Position numbers and translations under genes: made by a program
The notes under the pieces: generated by a model
Told to the model about the DNA's origin: nothing
Seen by the model: the letters and a program-made list of their open reading frames with translations, nothing else
Databases searched by the model: none
Shown: positions 9,246-16,979 of the stretch, in pieces
Position numbering within the stretch: the first letter of the stretch is position 1
Layout of the letters: every line of letters begins with the position of its first letter
Assembly: GCA_001004105.1 (NCBI GenBank)
Contig: LCQK01000003.1
Coordinates: forward strand, 46,805-110,804
DNA: 64,000 bases
From: Candidatus Jorgensenbacteria bacterium GW2011_GWB1_50_10
GTDB lineage: Bacteria; Patescibacteriota; Minisyncoccia; UBA6257; GWB1-50-10
Direction of reading: 5' to 3'

Positions 9246-10513
9246 TGCTAAACGATTCGAAAACAGCGGCGGAAAAAATAGCGAGGATTCTCCGGACCGA
9301 TAAGGATTTCATTGCGAAAATTGAAAGCCGGTTTTCGGCCGTGACCGGCAAGAAAAACGCTTTGGAAAAAATCGTTGAAGAGAATAGAAGCCGCATTAAG
9401 GACCGGCTTTTGACGCTTGGCGCTTCTTCCGAGGCGACGGCTCGTGAAATTTACAACGCCCTGATTTCAAAGATTGAAGCCGATGACAACATCATTTCTC
9501 GGGCGCTCGGCAACCTCGTCTGCTCCAAAAAAGAGGATTGCAACAAGGTTTTGGATATAGCGAGGAAAGTGATGAATTCCCAAAAAGGATTTTTTCTGAA
9601 AATCGACAAAGCACGGGAGTTTTTAATGAACGAGCCGCCAAAAAAAATTCTTTCTTTTTTGGGTTATGACTCGGTTCAAGACATGCTCCAAAAGGAAGAT
9701 TTATTGGAAGTTTATGCGGCCTTGAGGTTCATTGAAGGCAATGAATGGCTGAACAACGTTTTTTTCAAACAGTACGAAACTTTAACGCCGGCTGATTTCG
9801 AAGAGAGAGAAATTACTTTAAAGGCCCTGTCTCCCCGATGGGACCAAGCGGCCCAAACCTTTGTCGCGAAAAAACACCATAACATCAGTCACTTGAAGGA
9901 ATTGGGTTTGGTGTTTGTTATTCCCATTGCACTCGGCATCTCTGGGGAACTTCTGCGGATGTTAAGTTTGGTGCTTCATTACCTTCACGAAATCCCGTTT
10001 TATTCGGAAATGTTCCGGCGGATTGCCGAGACGCCGACCAATTTCTCCTTAAATTTTGTTTCTCTCTTGAGGGGTGATGTTTTTGACGGGCGGGTGCCCG
10101 AAGGCGAGAAATCGCTTTGGCTCGTCGTTCAAAGATACCTTGCCAAGGACGATGAAAACGACTGGCGGCTTTTTTATCCGCACATTAACCCCGAGGCCAT
10201 TCATTGGTACAAAGCTGAAAGAGATTTGGTGGAAATCGGCAACAAATTTAACCACTTCGGAACCGAAGTCGGTTTCTGGCACCATTTGGACTGGGTAGGC
10301 GATTATTTCAAAGACGAGGCCGGCGTGCCAGTCTTGGTGAGTTTCGACTTGGTGGATACGGTAATGTCTTTAGTCAAAGAGAAAGAAATGACAAAATACT
10401 TGTATCATCACCAAGAGGCGCTTTGGAACAAAATTTTCCGGGAATACTTCAGCCACGACGAGTTAGAAAAATACGCTAAGGATCATTTGTTGCAGGGATA
10501 CTTTGAAATTTAA
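9245..10513 (+). CDS. hypothetical protein (422 aa) embedded in glycolysis/PPP gene cluster
   Basis: Long ORF, start overlaps upstream stop, no recognisable motif. Confidence 0.55.
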   Translation: MLNDSKTAAEKIARILRTDKDFIAKIESRFSAVTGKKNALEKIVEENRSRIKDRLLTLGASSEATAREIYNALISKIEADDNIISRALGNLVCSKKEDCNKVLDIARKVMNSQKGFFLKIDKAREFLMNEPPKKILSFLGYDSVQDMLQKEDLLEVYAALRFIEGNEWLNNVFFKQYETLTPADFEEREITLKALSPRWDQAAQTFVAKKHHNISHLKELGLVFVIPIALGISGELLRMLSLVLHYLHEIPFYSEMFRRIAETPTNFSLNFVSLLRGDVFDGRVPEGEKSLWLVVQRYLAKDDENDWRLFYPHINPEAIHWYKAERDLVEIGNKFNHFGTEVGFWHHLDWVGDYFKDEAGVPVLVSFDLVDTVMSLVKEKEMTKYLYHHQEALWNKIFREYFSHDELEKYAKDHLLQGYFEI

Positions 10514-11411
10514 CATGAGAAGTTTACTGGAGATAATCCGGGAAACGGAAAAAGATAAGGTTGCAATAGGCCATTTCAATATTTCCAACCTGGAGCAGTT
10601 AAAGGCGATATCGCATGTCGCGGCGAAACTCAACGTACCGGTCATTATCGGCACATCGGAGGGCGAACGGGACTATATTGGTGTTCATCACGCCGTTGAT
10701 CTCGTCAAAAGTTACAACAAGGAGCACGCAAAAGGAAATTATCGGCTGTTTTTGAACGCCGACCACACCCATACTTTAGAGAACGCGAGGAAAGCGGCTG
10801 AAGTCGGTTATGACGCGATATTATTTGACGGCGGCAAACTGCCCCTTGAAGAAAATATCAGGGCTACGAAAGAAGTCGTAGAAATGGTGAGAAAAATCAA
10901 CAAAAACATCTTAGTTGAAGGTGAGCTGGGCTATATCGGTTCGTCTTCGGAAGTAAGGAAGGAAATTCCGGAAGGGGCGGCGATTAATCCCGGGGATTTG
11001 ACCAGACCGGAGGAAGCAGCGAGGTTCGTTGAAGAAACCGGCGTGGATATGCTTGCGCCGGCGGTGGGGAACATTCACGGCATGTTCGCGAACGCTCCGG
11101 AGCCGCGGCTTGATATAGAACGCATCCGGGAAATCAAGAAAGCGGTTGAAAACCTGCCTGCCGGCAGGCAGGTCCCGCTTGTTTTGCACGGCGCCTCCGG
11201 CAACACCGATGAAGATTTAAGTGTGGCAATCGATGCTGGAATTTCCATAATCCACATTTCCACCGAGCTTCGCGTTGCTTGGCGCAAGGGTTTGGAAGAA
11301 GCTTTGAAGGAGAATCCTGACGAAGTCGCGCCCTACAAGCTGATGCCCGAGGATTTGGCAGAAATGGAGAAAGTGGTGGAGAGAAAATTACGCCTCTTCA
11401 ATAAACTGTAA
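10503..11411 (+). CDS. fba: class II fructose/tagatose-bisphosphate aldolase
   Basis: DHTHT... and LHGASG motifs; carries in-frame palindrome insert (ENLPAGRQ) at 11153-11172. Confidence 0.9.
   Translation: MKFNMRSLLEIIRETEKDKVAIGHFNISNLEQLKAISHVAAKLNVPVIIGTSEGERDYIGVHHAVDLVKSYNKEHAKGNYRLFLNADHTHTLENARKAAEVGYDAILFDGGKLPLEENIRATKEVVEMVRKINKNILVEGELGYIGSSSEVRKEIPEGAAINPGDLTRPEEAARFVEETGVDMLAPAVGNIHGMFANAPEPRLDIERIREIKKAVENLPAGRQVPLVLHGASGNTDEDLSVAIDAGISIIHISTELRVAWRKGLEEALKENPDEVAPYKLMPEDLAEMEKVVERKLRLFNKL
11153..11172. repeat. 20-bp perfect palindrome CCTGCCTGCCGGCAGGCAGG (copy, in-frame in fba; extends to 22 bp with A/T flanks)
   Basis: Exact repeat; encodes LPAGRQ. Confidence 0.9.
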
Positions 11412-11436
11412 GAAGCAAAAGATTAGAAATACGCTT

Positions 11437-11455
11437 ACTATGACATGTCATAGCG
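11437..11455. repeat. 19-bp site ACTATGACATGTCATAGCG (contains 16-bp palindrome CTATGACATGTCATAG), copy 1
   Basis: Identical 19-mer also at 11876-11894; flanks the YerC-like ORF. Confidence 0.7.
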
Positions 11456-11457
11456 CG

Positions 11458-11856
11458 TCAATAATGGTGCATGTAGACTTTTCCGTATTTAGTGCGGCGG
11501 TAGTATCTATAGGGTTTCTTTTTAGAAGGGTGACTGCTGTTGTATACTTTCTTTTTCCGCCCCGTTTTGCCTCGTTCCCGGTAGCTCCGATAACCACTCC
11601 CTTCCAGCGCTTTTTTGATACTGCTTACGGTCTGCGGCGAGAGATGGAGTTCCTCGACAATCTGCACGAATTTTTTCCCTGAATTCATGCGGTCTGCTAC
11701 CGCGGCGCGCATAACAAGATTATGACGTTCGTTGGAGGTGGTAAATAGTTCCAAGAGTTCTCTGGATTCTGATATCTTCTTCCAGCACGCTCTTTCCCAT
11801 TCCTTACGCGAAGAGTACTGGTTGGTTGGCGGCAACGATAATAAATTCCTGGTCAT
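11458..11856 (-). CDS. TrpR/YerC-YecD-like helix-turn-helix DNA-binding protein with basic C-terminal tail
   Basis: ELLELF...N..E...L..R..VA..M.SGKKFVQIVEELHLSPQTVSSIKKAL matches YerC/TrpR-like pattern; ORF bracketed by identical palindromic sites. Confidence 0.4.
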   Translation of the reverse strand: MTRNLLSLPPTNQYSSRKEWERACWKKISESRELLELFTTSNERHNLVMRAAVADRMNSGKKFVQIVEELHLSPQTVSSIKKALEGSGYRSYRERGKTGRKKKVYNSSHPSKKKPYRYYRRTKYGKVYMHHY

Positions 11857-11875
11857 AAGGTAAGTTTAACATATC

Positions 11876-11894
11876 ACTATGACATGTCATAGCG
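11876..11894. repeat. 19-bp site ACTATGACATGTCATAGCG, copy 2 (about 20 nt upstream of YerC-like start codon)
   Basis: Identical to 11437-11455. Confidence 0.7.
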
Positions 11895-11943
11895 TTTTTA
11901 CTGGGTAGTCAGTTGTTTTGTTGCTCTATTCTCGCATATAAAA

Positions 11944-11972
11944 TTGACAAGCTTGTATAAATAGGGTATACT
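11944..11972 (+). promoter_or_regulatory. sigma70-like promoter TTGACA-17nt-TATACT upstream of DGR target gene
   Basis: Consensus -35 hexamer at 11944-11949, -10 at 11967-11972. Confidence 0.5.
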
Positions 11973-12053
11973 TTAGGGCAGTACAATAATGGTGAGTCTG
12001 CGGGTCTGGTAAATGCCGGACTGGGGGACGAACCACAAAAAGAGAGGTACAAG

Positions 12054-12749
12054 ATGGCGAAAAAGACGGATGAACTGGTGCAGTTTGCGGGCCACTTCCA
12101 GTCGCTCGCGACTGCGGTTTCCCGCAACCTCGAAGAGCGCGGCGTAAACGTTGTTGAGGCAATCGCGGAGGCCGCAAAGCCGCAAGGCGCTCGGGCGGTC
12201 GCGAAGATCGTAGACGCGCTCGCCGAACTCGTTGAAAACGGCAAGCGGGTCGTCGGCGCTCTCAATCTCATCGTGGCCGACATCGCCGTGAAGACCGAAC
12301 TCTTCACAAAAAATTCGTTCTTCGGCGAGGGGAGCCCAGTAAAACTCTACATCTGGGATAACTTCCGGAACTGGGTACTCACGGCTATCCTTGAGAATAT
12401 ACCTGCGTTCCAGGGTATGCTCGTGAAGCACCAACTCACGAAGGGGATGTATGACTCGGAGATTCTCTCCGGACTCGGGCATCCCACGCCGTTCTCACCA
12501 ACCGAGTTCGCGGCTGTCATTCGCGACCTCATCTCCAAGCAATCGAGAGGCGAGGAGGGCCTTCTCCTCACGAACGGCTACGCCAACATCTTCTATGTAC
12601 AGTTGCCTGCCGGCGCAGGCGGGGAAGATGCACGCGTGGTCGCGGTGCGCGTGACCTGGAACGCCGGGGACGACGACTGGCACCTGGACGCCTACGGCTT
12701 GGACGACGACGGGTGGGGTGACGGTGTCTGCGTGTTCTCTCGCAGCTGA
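12054..12749 (+). CDS. DGR variable (target) protein with C-terminal VR
   Basis: C-terminal 113 nt (12631-12743) near-identical to TR; ends CVFSRS; paralog at 48342-48932; contains degenerate palindrome insert LPAGAG at 12603-12622. Confidence 0.85.
   Translation: MAKKTDELVQFAGHFQSLATAVSRNLEERGVNVVEAIAEAAKPQGARAVAKIVDALAELVENGKRVVGALNLIVADIAVKTELFTKNSFFGEGSPVKLYIWDNFRNWVLTAILENIPAFQGMLVKHQLTKGMYDSEILSGLGHPTPFSPTEFAAVIRDLISKQSRGEEGLLLTNGYANIFYVQLPAGAGGEDARVVAVRVTWNAGDDDWHLDAYGLDDDGWGDGVCVFSRS
12603..12622. repeat. decayed palindrome-family copy TTGCCTGCCGGCGCAGGCGG inside DGR target 1 (encodes LPAGAG absent from paralog)
   Basis: Target 1 reads VQLPAGAGGEDARVVAV where paralog reads [11 protein letters not shown]. 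Confidence 0.5.
12631..12743 (+). repeat. DGR variable repeat (VR)
   Basis: 113-bp alignment to TR 12998-13110 with 14 mismatches, every one at a TR adenine. Confidence 0.9.
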
Positions 12750-12781
12750 TCTCGGATTTTCGGTCTCTTGGCAATAGTAGT

Positions 12782-12824
12782 GCGCCCCGTTCGAGTTCTT
12801 CGGAACTTGGACGGGGCGTTTTTG
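12782..12824 (+). terminator. GC-rich hairpin plus T-tract immediately downstream of VR (terminator and/or DGR homing-associated hairpin)
   Basis: GCGCCCCGTTCGAGTTC-ttcg-GAACTTGGACGGGGCG followed by TTTTTG. Confidence 0.5.
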
Positions 12825-12997
12825 TTATAATAAAAATGAAATTTTTTGACATCACTGCGGTCAAGGCTTCAGTGGGAAGATTTCAAAAAACAGAAAGGTC
12901 AGCTGGTGTAGGGCGCTAACGGGTGCGAAAGACCCGGCATTAGATGCAACGCTTAGAGGAATCAAAGCGCAGTGGCAAGGGCGGCGCTTTACACGAT

Positions 12998-13110
12998 AAC
13001 GCGTGGTCGCGGTGAACGTGAACTGGAACGCCGAGAACGACGACTGGAACCTGAACGCCAACGGCTTGGACGACGACAGGTGGAATGACGGTAACTGCGT
13101 GTTCTCTCGC
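12998..13110 (+). repeat. DGR template repeat (TR)
   Basis: AAC-codon-rich 113-bp copy of VR; all VR differences map to A in this copy. Confidence 0.9.
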
Positions 13111-13125
13111 CGCTTACCTTTTATA

Positions 13126-13461
13126 TCAGTTCTTTGGGAGCTGTTTTAGCCAACCGCCCAGCATTTTTCCAACTTCGTCAACTTTTCCAGAAAGCGCGGC
13201 GTATTTTTTCGTGTCCAGAGATTTGATTTGCCAGGCAATTTGGAGGAAAAATTTTAGTGAGTCAAGTTTAAAAGAGGAATTCCTGATTTTTGCAAACCGT
13301 TCGGCTGGCGTGAGAGGGGCGGCTGAGAAAATTTCTTCGATAATATCCAAGAAAAGCAAATCTACTTTTACGCCGAGAGTATAGCGCGAGGTTTTGGGAA
13401 AATGAGGCGCGAATTCTTGCCAAAGCGTGTAGGCCGCGATTAGTTTCTGAATAATTGGCAG
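13126..13461 (-). CDS. avd: Avd-like accessory variability determinant (four-helix-bundle, TIGR02436-like); start codon uncertain
   Basis: ...FPKTSRYTLGVKVDLLFLDIIEEI...LKFFLQIAWQIKSLDT...VDEVGKMLGGWLKQ pattern; frame open back to 13482 with no ATG/GTG/TTG (ORF table start is TTG at 13359). Confidence 0.6.
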   Translation of the reverse strand: MPIIQKLIAAYTLWQEFAPHFPKTSRYTLGVKVDLLFLDIIEEIFSAAPLTPAERFAKIRNSSFKLDSLKFFLQIAWQIKSLDTKKYAALSGKVDEVGKMLGGWLKQLPKN

Positions 13462-13498
13462 TTCATTCCGTCGGGGGGGGGTTAGAGGACGGGAATTT

Positions 13499-14482
13499 AT
13501 GAAAATTCAATTGAGCCATAAATTCGAAGATATTATTTCACTGGAAAATCTTTTGGAAGCATGGCGAGAATTTTTGCGCGGCAAGAGAAATAAAAGAGAC
13601 GTTCAGGAATTCTCATCGCGTTTAATGGATAACATTCTATTACTTCACAGCGAACTTCGCAATAAAACCTACAAGCACGGGAAGTACGAAGCCTTTAACA
13701 TCTCCGACCCCAAACCGAGAAACATCCACAAAGCCGCCGTCCGCGACCGCCTACTTCATTACGCTATTTACAGGGTTTTATATCCGTTTTTTGATAAGGT
13801 ATTCATCGCCGATTCTTTTTCCTGCCGTTTGGGAAAAGGGACGCACAGAGCCATCAACCGCTTTAGAACTTTTGCTTATAAAGTGAGTAAAAATAATACC
13901 AAAACCTGCTGGGTTTTAAAGTTGGATATTAGGAAATTCTTCGCGAGTATTGACCATGAAATTTTGATAAAAATTCTTGAGGAATACATACCCGACCAAG
14001 ACATTATCTGGTTGCTGAAGAAAGTGATAGAAAGTTTTTATTCGACCGAACCCGGCAAGGGCCTGCCTTTAGGCAATTTAACCTCCCAGCTTTTAGTAAA
14101 TGTTTACATGAACAAGTTTGACCAATTTGTGAAACACAAGTTCAAGGCCAAGTATTACGTGAGATACGCCGATGATTTTGTGATTGTGTCGAAAAACGGA
14201 ATATGGCTTGAAAGTTTAATTCCGAGAATCAGCGAATTTCTAAACAGAGAATTGAAGTTAAAACTTCACGACGATAAGATATTCATTAAAACTTTAGCTT
14301 CGGGAGTAGATTTCCTTGGCTGGGTTCACTTTCCGGATTACCGAGTTCTGCGAACCACGACCAAAAGAAGAATGTTTAAAAGAATCAAAGAACATCCCGC
14401 GCCGGAAACAATAAATTCTTATTTGGGATTATTAAGGCACGGGAACGCTTATAAATTAAAAAGAAAAATTATTGCTGAATAA
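13499..14482 (+). CDS. DGR reverse transcriptase
   Basis: RT motifs incl. YADDFV; motif 4 LGNLTSQ (I/LGxxxSQ hallmark of DGR RTs); 327 aa without maturase/endonuclease domains. Confidence 0.9.
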   Translation: MKIQLSHKFEDIISLENLLEAWREFLRGKRNKRDVQEFSSRLMDNILLLHSELRNKTYKHGKYEAFNISDPKPRNIHKAAVRDRLLHYAIYRVLYPFFDKVFIADSFSCRLGKGTHRAINRFRTFAYKVSKNNTKTCWVLKLDIRKFFASIDHEILIKILEEYIPDQDIIWLLKKVIESFYSTEPGKGLPLGNLTSQLLVNVYMNKFDQFVKHKFKAKYYVRYADDFVIVSKNGIWLESLIPRISEFLNRELKLKLHDDKIFIKTLASGVDFLGWVHFPDYRVLRTTTKRRMFKRIKEHPAPETINSYLGLLRHGNAYKLKRKIIAE

Positions 14483-14498
14483 TTTTTTTTGTGTTTTA

Positions 14499-15242
14499 AT
14501 GGCGTTTATGGAAGCTAGTATTAGCAAGATAATTTTAGAGATTCGGGCGGGCACGGGCGGGGACGAGGCCTCGCTTTTTGCCGGCGATTTGGCGCGGATG
14601 TATCAGAGGTTTGCCGCCCGGCGGGGCTGGAAATTCTCGACGCTCGATGCGAGCGAGTCCGGCGCGCGCGGCTATAAGACGTTCATCGCGGAGATCGGCG
14701 GCCCGGGCGTCTACGAGGCATTGAAGAACGAATCCGGCGTGCACCGGGTGCAGAGAGTGCCGGATACCGAACGGGGCGGCCGGGTGCATACCTCAACCGT
14801 ATCGGTCGCGGTTTTACCCGTAGTGGAAACCAAGGATTTTCAAATTAAAGAAAGCGATTTGGAAGTGACTTTCTCCCGCGCCGGCGGTCCCGGCGGCCAG
14901 AACGTGAACAAAGTGGAAACTGCGGTTCGAATCACCCATAAACCCACCGGCGTTGTCGTAGGTTCCAGGGAAGAACGGAGCCAGCACGCCAATCGCGAGA
15001 AAGCGATGGAGGTCTTGCGGGCCAAGCTTTACGAGGCGCAGAAAGAACAGCAAGTGGGGTCGGTTGCGGAGTTGCGGAGAGGGCAGATCGGCTCGGCCGG
15101 ACGGGCGGAGAAGGTAAGGACATATAATTTTCCGCAGGATAGAATTACAGATCACAGAGTAAGTAAAAAATGGAGTAATATTGAAAAGATATTAGAAGGT
15201 AATCTTGACCCAATCATACAGGCATTTTTGAAAGTCAATTAA
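14499..15242 (+). CDS. prfA: class I peptide chain release factor, RF1-like, lacking N-terminal domain 1
   Basis: [12 protein letters not shown]..., RVQRVPDTE (PxT-type), GGQ motif [28 protein letters not shown]; begins where RF1 domain 2 begins; stop TAA just upstream of the ORF; 3' end is AT-rich and duplicated downstream. Confidence 0.8.
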   Translation: MAFMEASISKIILEIRAGTGGDEASLFAGDLARMYQRFAARRGWKFSTLDASESGARGYKTFIAEIGGPGVYEALKNESGVHRVQRVPDTERGGRVHTSTVSVAVLPVVETKDFQIKESDLEVTFSRAGGPGGQNVNKVETAVRITHKPTGVVVGSREERSQHANREKAMEVLRAKLYEAQKEQQVGSVAELRRGQIGSAGRAEKVRTYNFPQDRITDHRVSKKWSNIEKILEGNLDPIIQAFLKVN

Positions 15243-15248
15243 AAAATC

Positions 15249-15268
15249 CCTGCCTGCCGGCAGGCAGG
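15249..15268. repeat. 20-bp perfect palindrome CCTGCCTGCCGGCAGGCAGG (copy, intergenic, 6 nt after prfA stop)
   Basis: Exact 20-mer also at 11153, 17913, 51722, 63521. Confidence 0.9.
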
Positions 15269-15269
15269 C

Positions 15270-15372
15270 GCACCTATAATTTTCCGCAGGACAGGATAAC
15301 CGACCACCGTCAGGGCAAAAAGGTTTCAAATATTCTGAAAGTTCTCGACGGCGATTTGGACAAACTAACCGG
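15270..15372 (+). pseudogene. displaced original 3' end of release factor gene ([35 protein letters not shown])
   Basis: In-frame-translatable GC-rich duplicate of the RF C-terminal coding segment located after the palindrome; homologous to 15127-15242. Confidence 0.6.
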
Positions 15373-16870
15373 CCGTTAAAATTTCTATATCCTTTTGGAA
15401 TTGCTGGGCTTTCACGACCACCGGTTCGCCGTAAGCCCAGCGGTAGTAATACCACCGGCCACCGGCGTAGTATCTTGCCGCGGCGCAGCGTTCGGCAAGG
15501 ACTTGGGCATCGGCGATGTTTCTGTTTTCGCTCACGTAATTCCGGCAAGCGCTGGAATTCAGGGCGTCTTTGAGATACAAGGAAGTCGCAACGAAAGCGT
15601 CGGCGTTTGACCAGGGATTGGAAGGAGTTTGGCCGGTGATTTTCCCAATATAATCCTTGCTTTGGTTATACTCCCAGGAACTGCCGTTTTTCTCCCAACC
15701 GCCGTAGATGGCCCAGGTTGAGGGAATGAATTGGGCCGGGCCCATGGCGCCGCCGTAGGCGCCGTCTCTGTTGGCACAGGAAACCTTCGCCACGGTTGAA
15801 TTCGGGTCAATGCCGAGCTTGGAAAGAATGGCGAGGAAAATCGGAACGTCGCGGGTGGGGTGCATGGCGCCCTGGTAGCTGCAGCGGCCGACGTTTTTCC
15901 CCAGAAGAGATTCTTGCTGAAGAATGGCGAGAAGAAAAGCGGCCCGGACCCCGGTTGCGCCTTCGGCAAGGCGGGCGTATTTATAGGCCTCTTCAAAAGT
16001 GAGTTCGCCGCCTCCCAAAAGACGGAAAATTCTGCTTCTTATTTGAGCGGCAGTGGCTTGGGTTTCTTTCAGGATTTTTTGGTATTCGGATTCTTTGCCT
16101 TTGGTTACGGTCAGAAGCTGATTTTTTTCCGCTTGGGTCGTCGCGACGCTCTTTTTTTGCGATTCCTGATAATTCTTGAGATTTTCCACGTCGGATTTTT
16201 CCGCGGCGAGCTCCTGTTTTTGCTCAAGCAATTCCACCCGAAGGGCGACAACTTCGTTTAAGGCCGTCCGGATGTTGGACTGAACCAGGGTTATGTTGTT
16301 GACGTCACCGAAGAAATCCGAAAGATTGGCATTGGCCAGCAACACCTCGATCAAGCTTTGGGCGTCGGCTTCATAGAGGTCGCGGACGCCTCTCGCAAGG
16401 GCCGTTTTATGGCCGTCAATTCTGTTTTCGGTAACGTTTATGTTCTTTTGAGTGCTCGTTATTTCGTCGTCCAATTTCTGGAGATTCAGGTTGACCGCTT
16501 TAATTTGGAGGTTCAACTGGCTGATTTTGGCGTTCAGGGATTTTATTTCGTTAGTGAGGGTTTTGCCCTGTTTTTGATATTCGGCAACCGTACTTTGATG
16601 TTCAAGGATTTGGCGCTCCAATTCGGCAAGTTCGTTTTCAAGTTTCTCCCGTTCTTCCTGGCTGGTCGCGCCGTTTTCCGTGCCCGTCATCTCGGCTGCC
16701 TGGGTCGGAGTGTTCAGTTTGGTTCCGAGAAGAAGCCCCGAAAAAGCGAGGAGAACCAAAACTCCTCCTACGAATTTGATTGATTTGGTAAGAGGGATCC
16801 GGATAGCGGTCGAATAGGAGAGATTGAGACGTCTTTTACGGCTGGCCTTAATATCGTAGATTTTGCGCAT
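15365..16870 (-). CDS. membrane-anchored coiled-coil protein with C-terminal lytic transglycosylase (MltB/SLT_2-like) domain
   Basis: N-terminal TM, long heptad-like Q/E/K/L region, C-terminal [13 protein letters not shown] motif. Confidence 0.75.
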   Translation of the reverse strand: MRKIYDIKASRKRRLNLSYSTAIRIPLTKSIKFVGGVLVLLAFSGLLLGTKLNTPTQAAEMTGTENGATSQEEREKLENELAELERQILEHQSTVAEYQKQGKTLTNEIKSLNAKISQLNLQIKAVNLNLQKLDDEITSTQKNINVTENRIDGHKTALARGVRDLYEADAQSLIEVLLANANLSDFFGDVNNITLVQSNIRTALNEVVALRVELLEQKQELAAEKSDVENLKNYQESQKKSVATTQAEKNQLLTVTKGKESEYQKILKETQATAAQIRSRIFRLLGGGELTFEEAYKYARLAEGATGVRAAFLLAILQQESLLGKNVGRCSYQGAMHPTRDVPIFLAILSKLGIDPNSTVAKVSCANRDGAYGGAMGPAQFIPSTWAIYGGWEKNGSSWEYNQSKDYIGKITGQTPSNPWSNADAFVATSLYLKDALNSSACRNYVSENRNIADAQVLAERCAAARYYAGGRWYYYRWAYGEPVVVKAQQFQKDIEILTAG

Positions 16871-16979
16871 CTACTTAATATAATAACACTGATATATATT
16901 CTGTTTCATCCCGTTAGAGATTGCGCTCGCGCGCAAGCTCGCCCGAAAGGCCTTTGGGGCGGGCTATCTCTAAAAAGGA

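Larger units (their letters stand above)
12054..14482 (+). mobile_element. diversity-generating retroelement (DGR) cassette: target gene with VR - TR - avd (opposite strand) - reverse transcriptase
   Basis: VR/TR pair with adenine-specific mismatches, Avd-like gene, RT with DGR-type motif 4. Confidence 0.85.

Noticed and set aside
13085-13384. 99-aa + strand ORF overlapping the Avd-like gene
   Set aside because: It is low-complexity (Ser/Phe-rich) and has no homology signal. The opposite-strand frame matches the Avd/TIGR02436 four-helix-bundle pattern, so this one is treated as an antisense artifact.
13499-14482. Reverse transcriptase as a group II intron or retron
   Set aside because: It has no maturase (X) or endonuclease domain. 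No intron domain V/VI-like RNA structure or retron msr/msd repeats flank it. It carries the DGR-specific I/LGxxxSQ motif and sits next to a bona fide TR/VR pair and an Avd gene.
15796-16261. + strand ORFs (68 and 133 aa) inside the coiled-coil transglycosylase gene
   Set aside because: They are antisense to a 501-aa gene with clear domain structure, and their composition is biased (G/R/F-rich).
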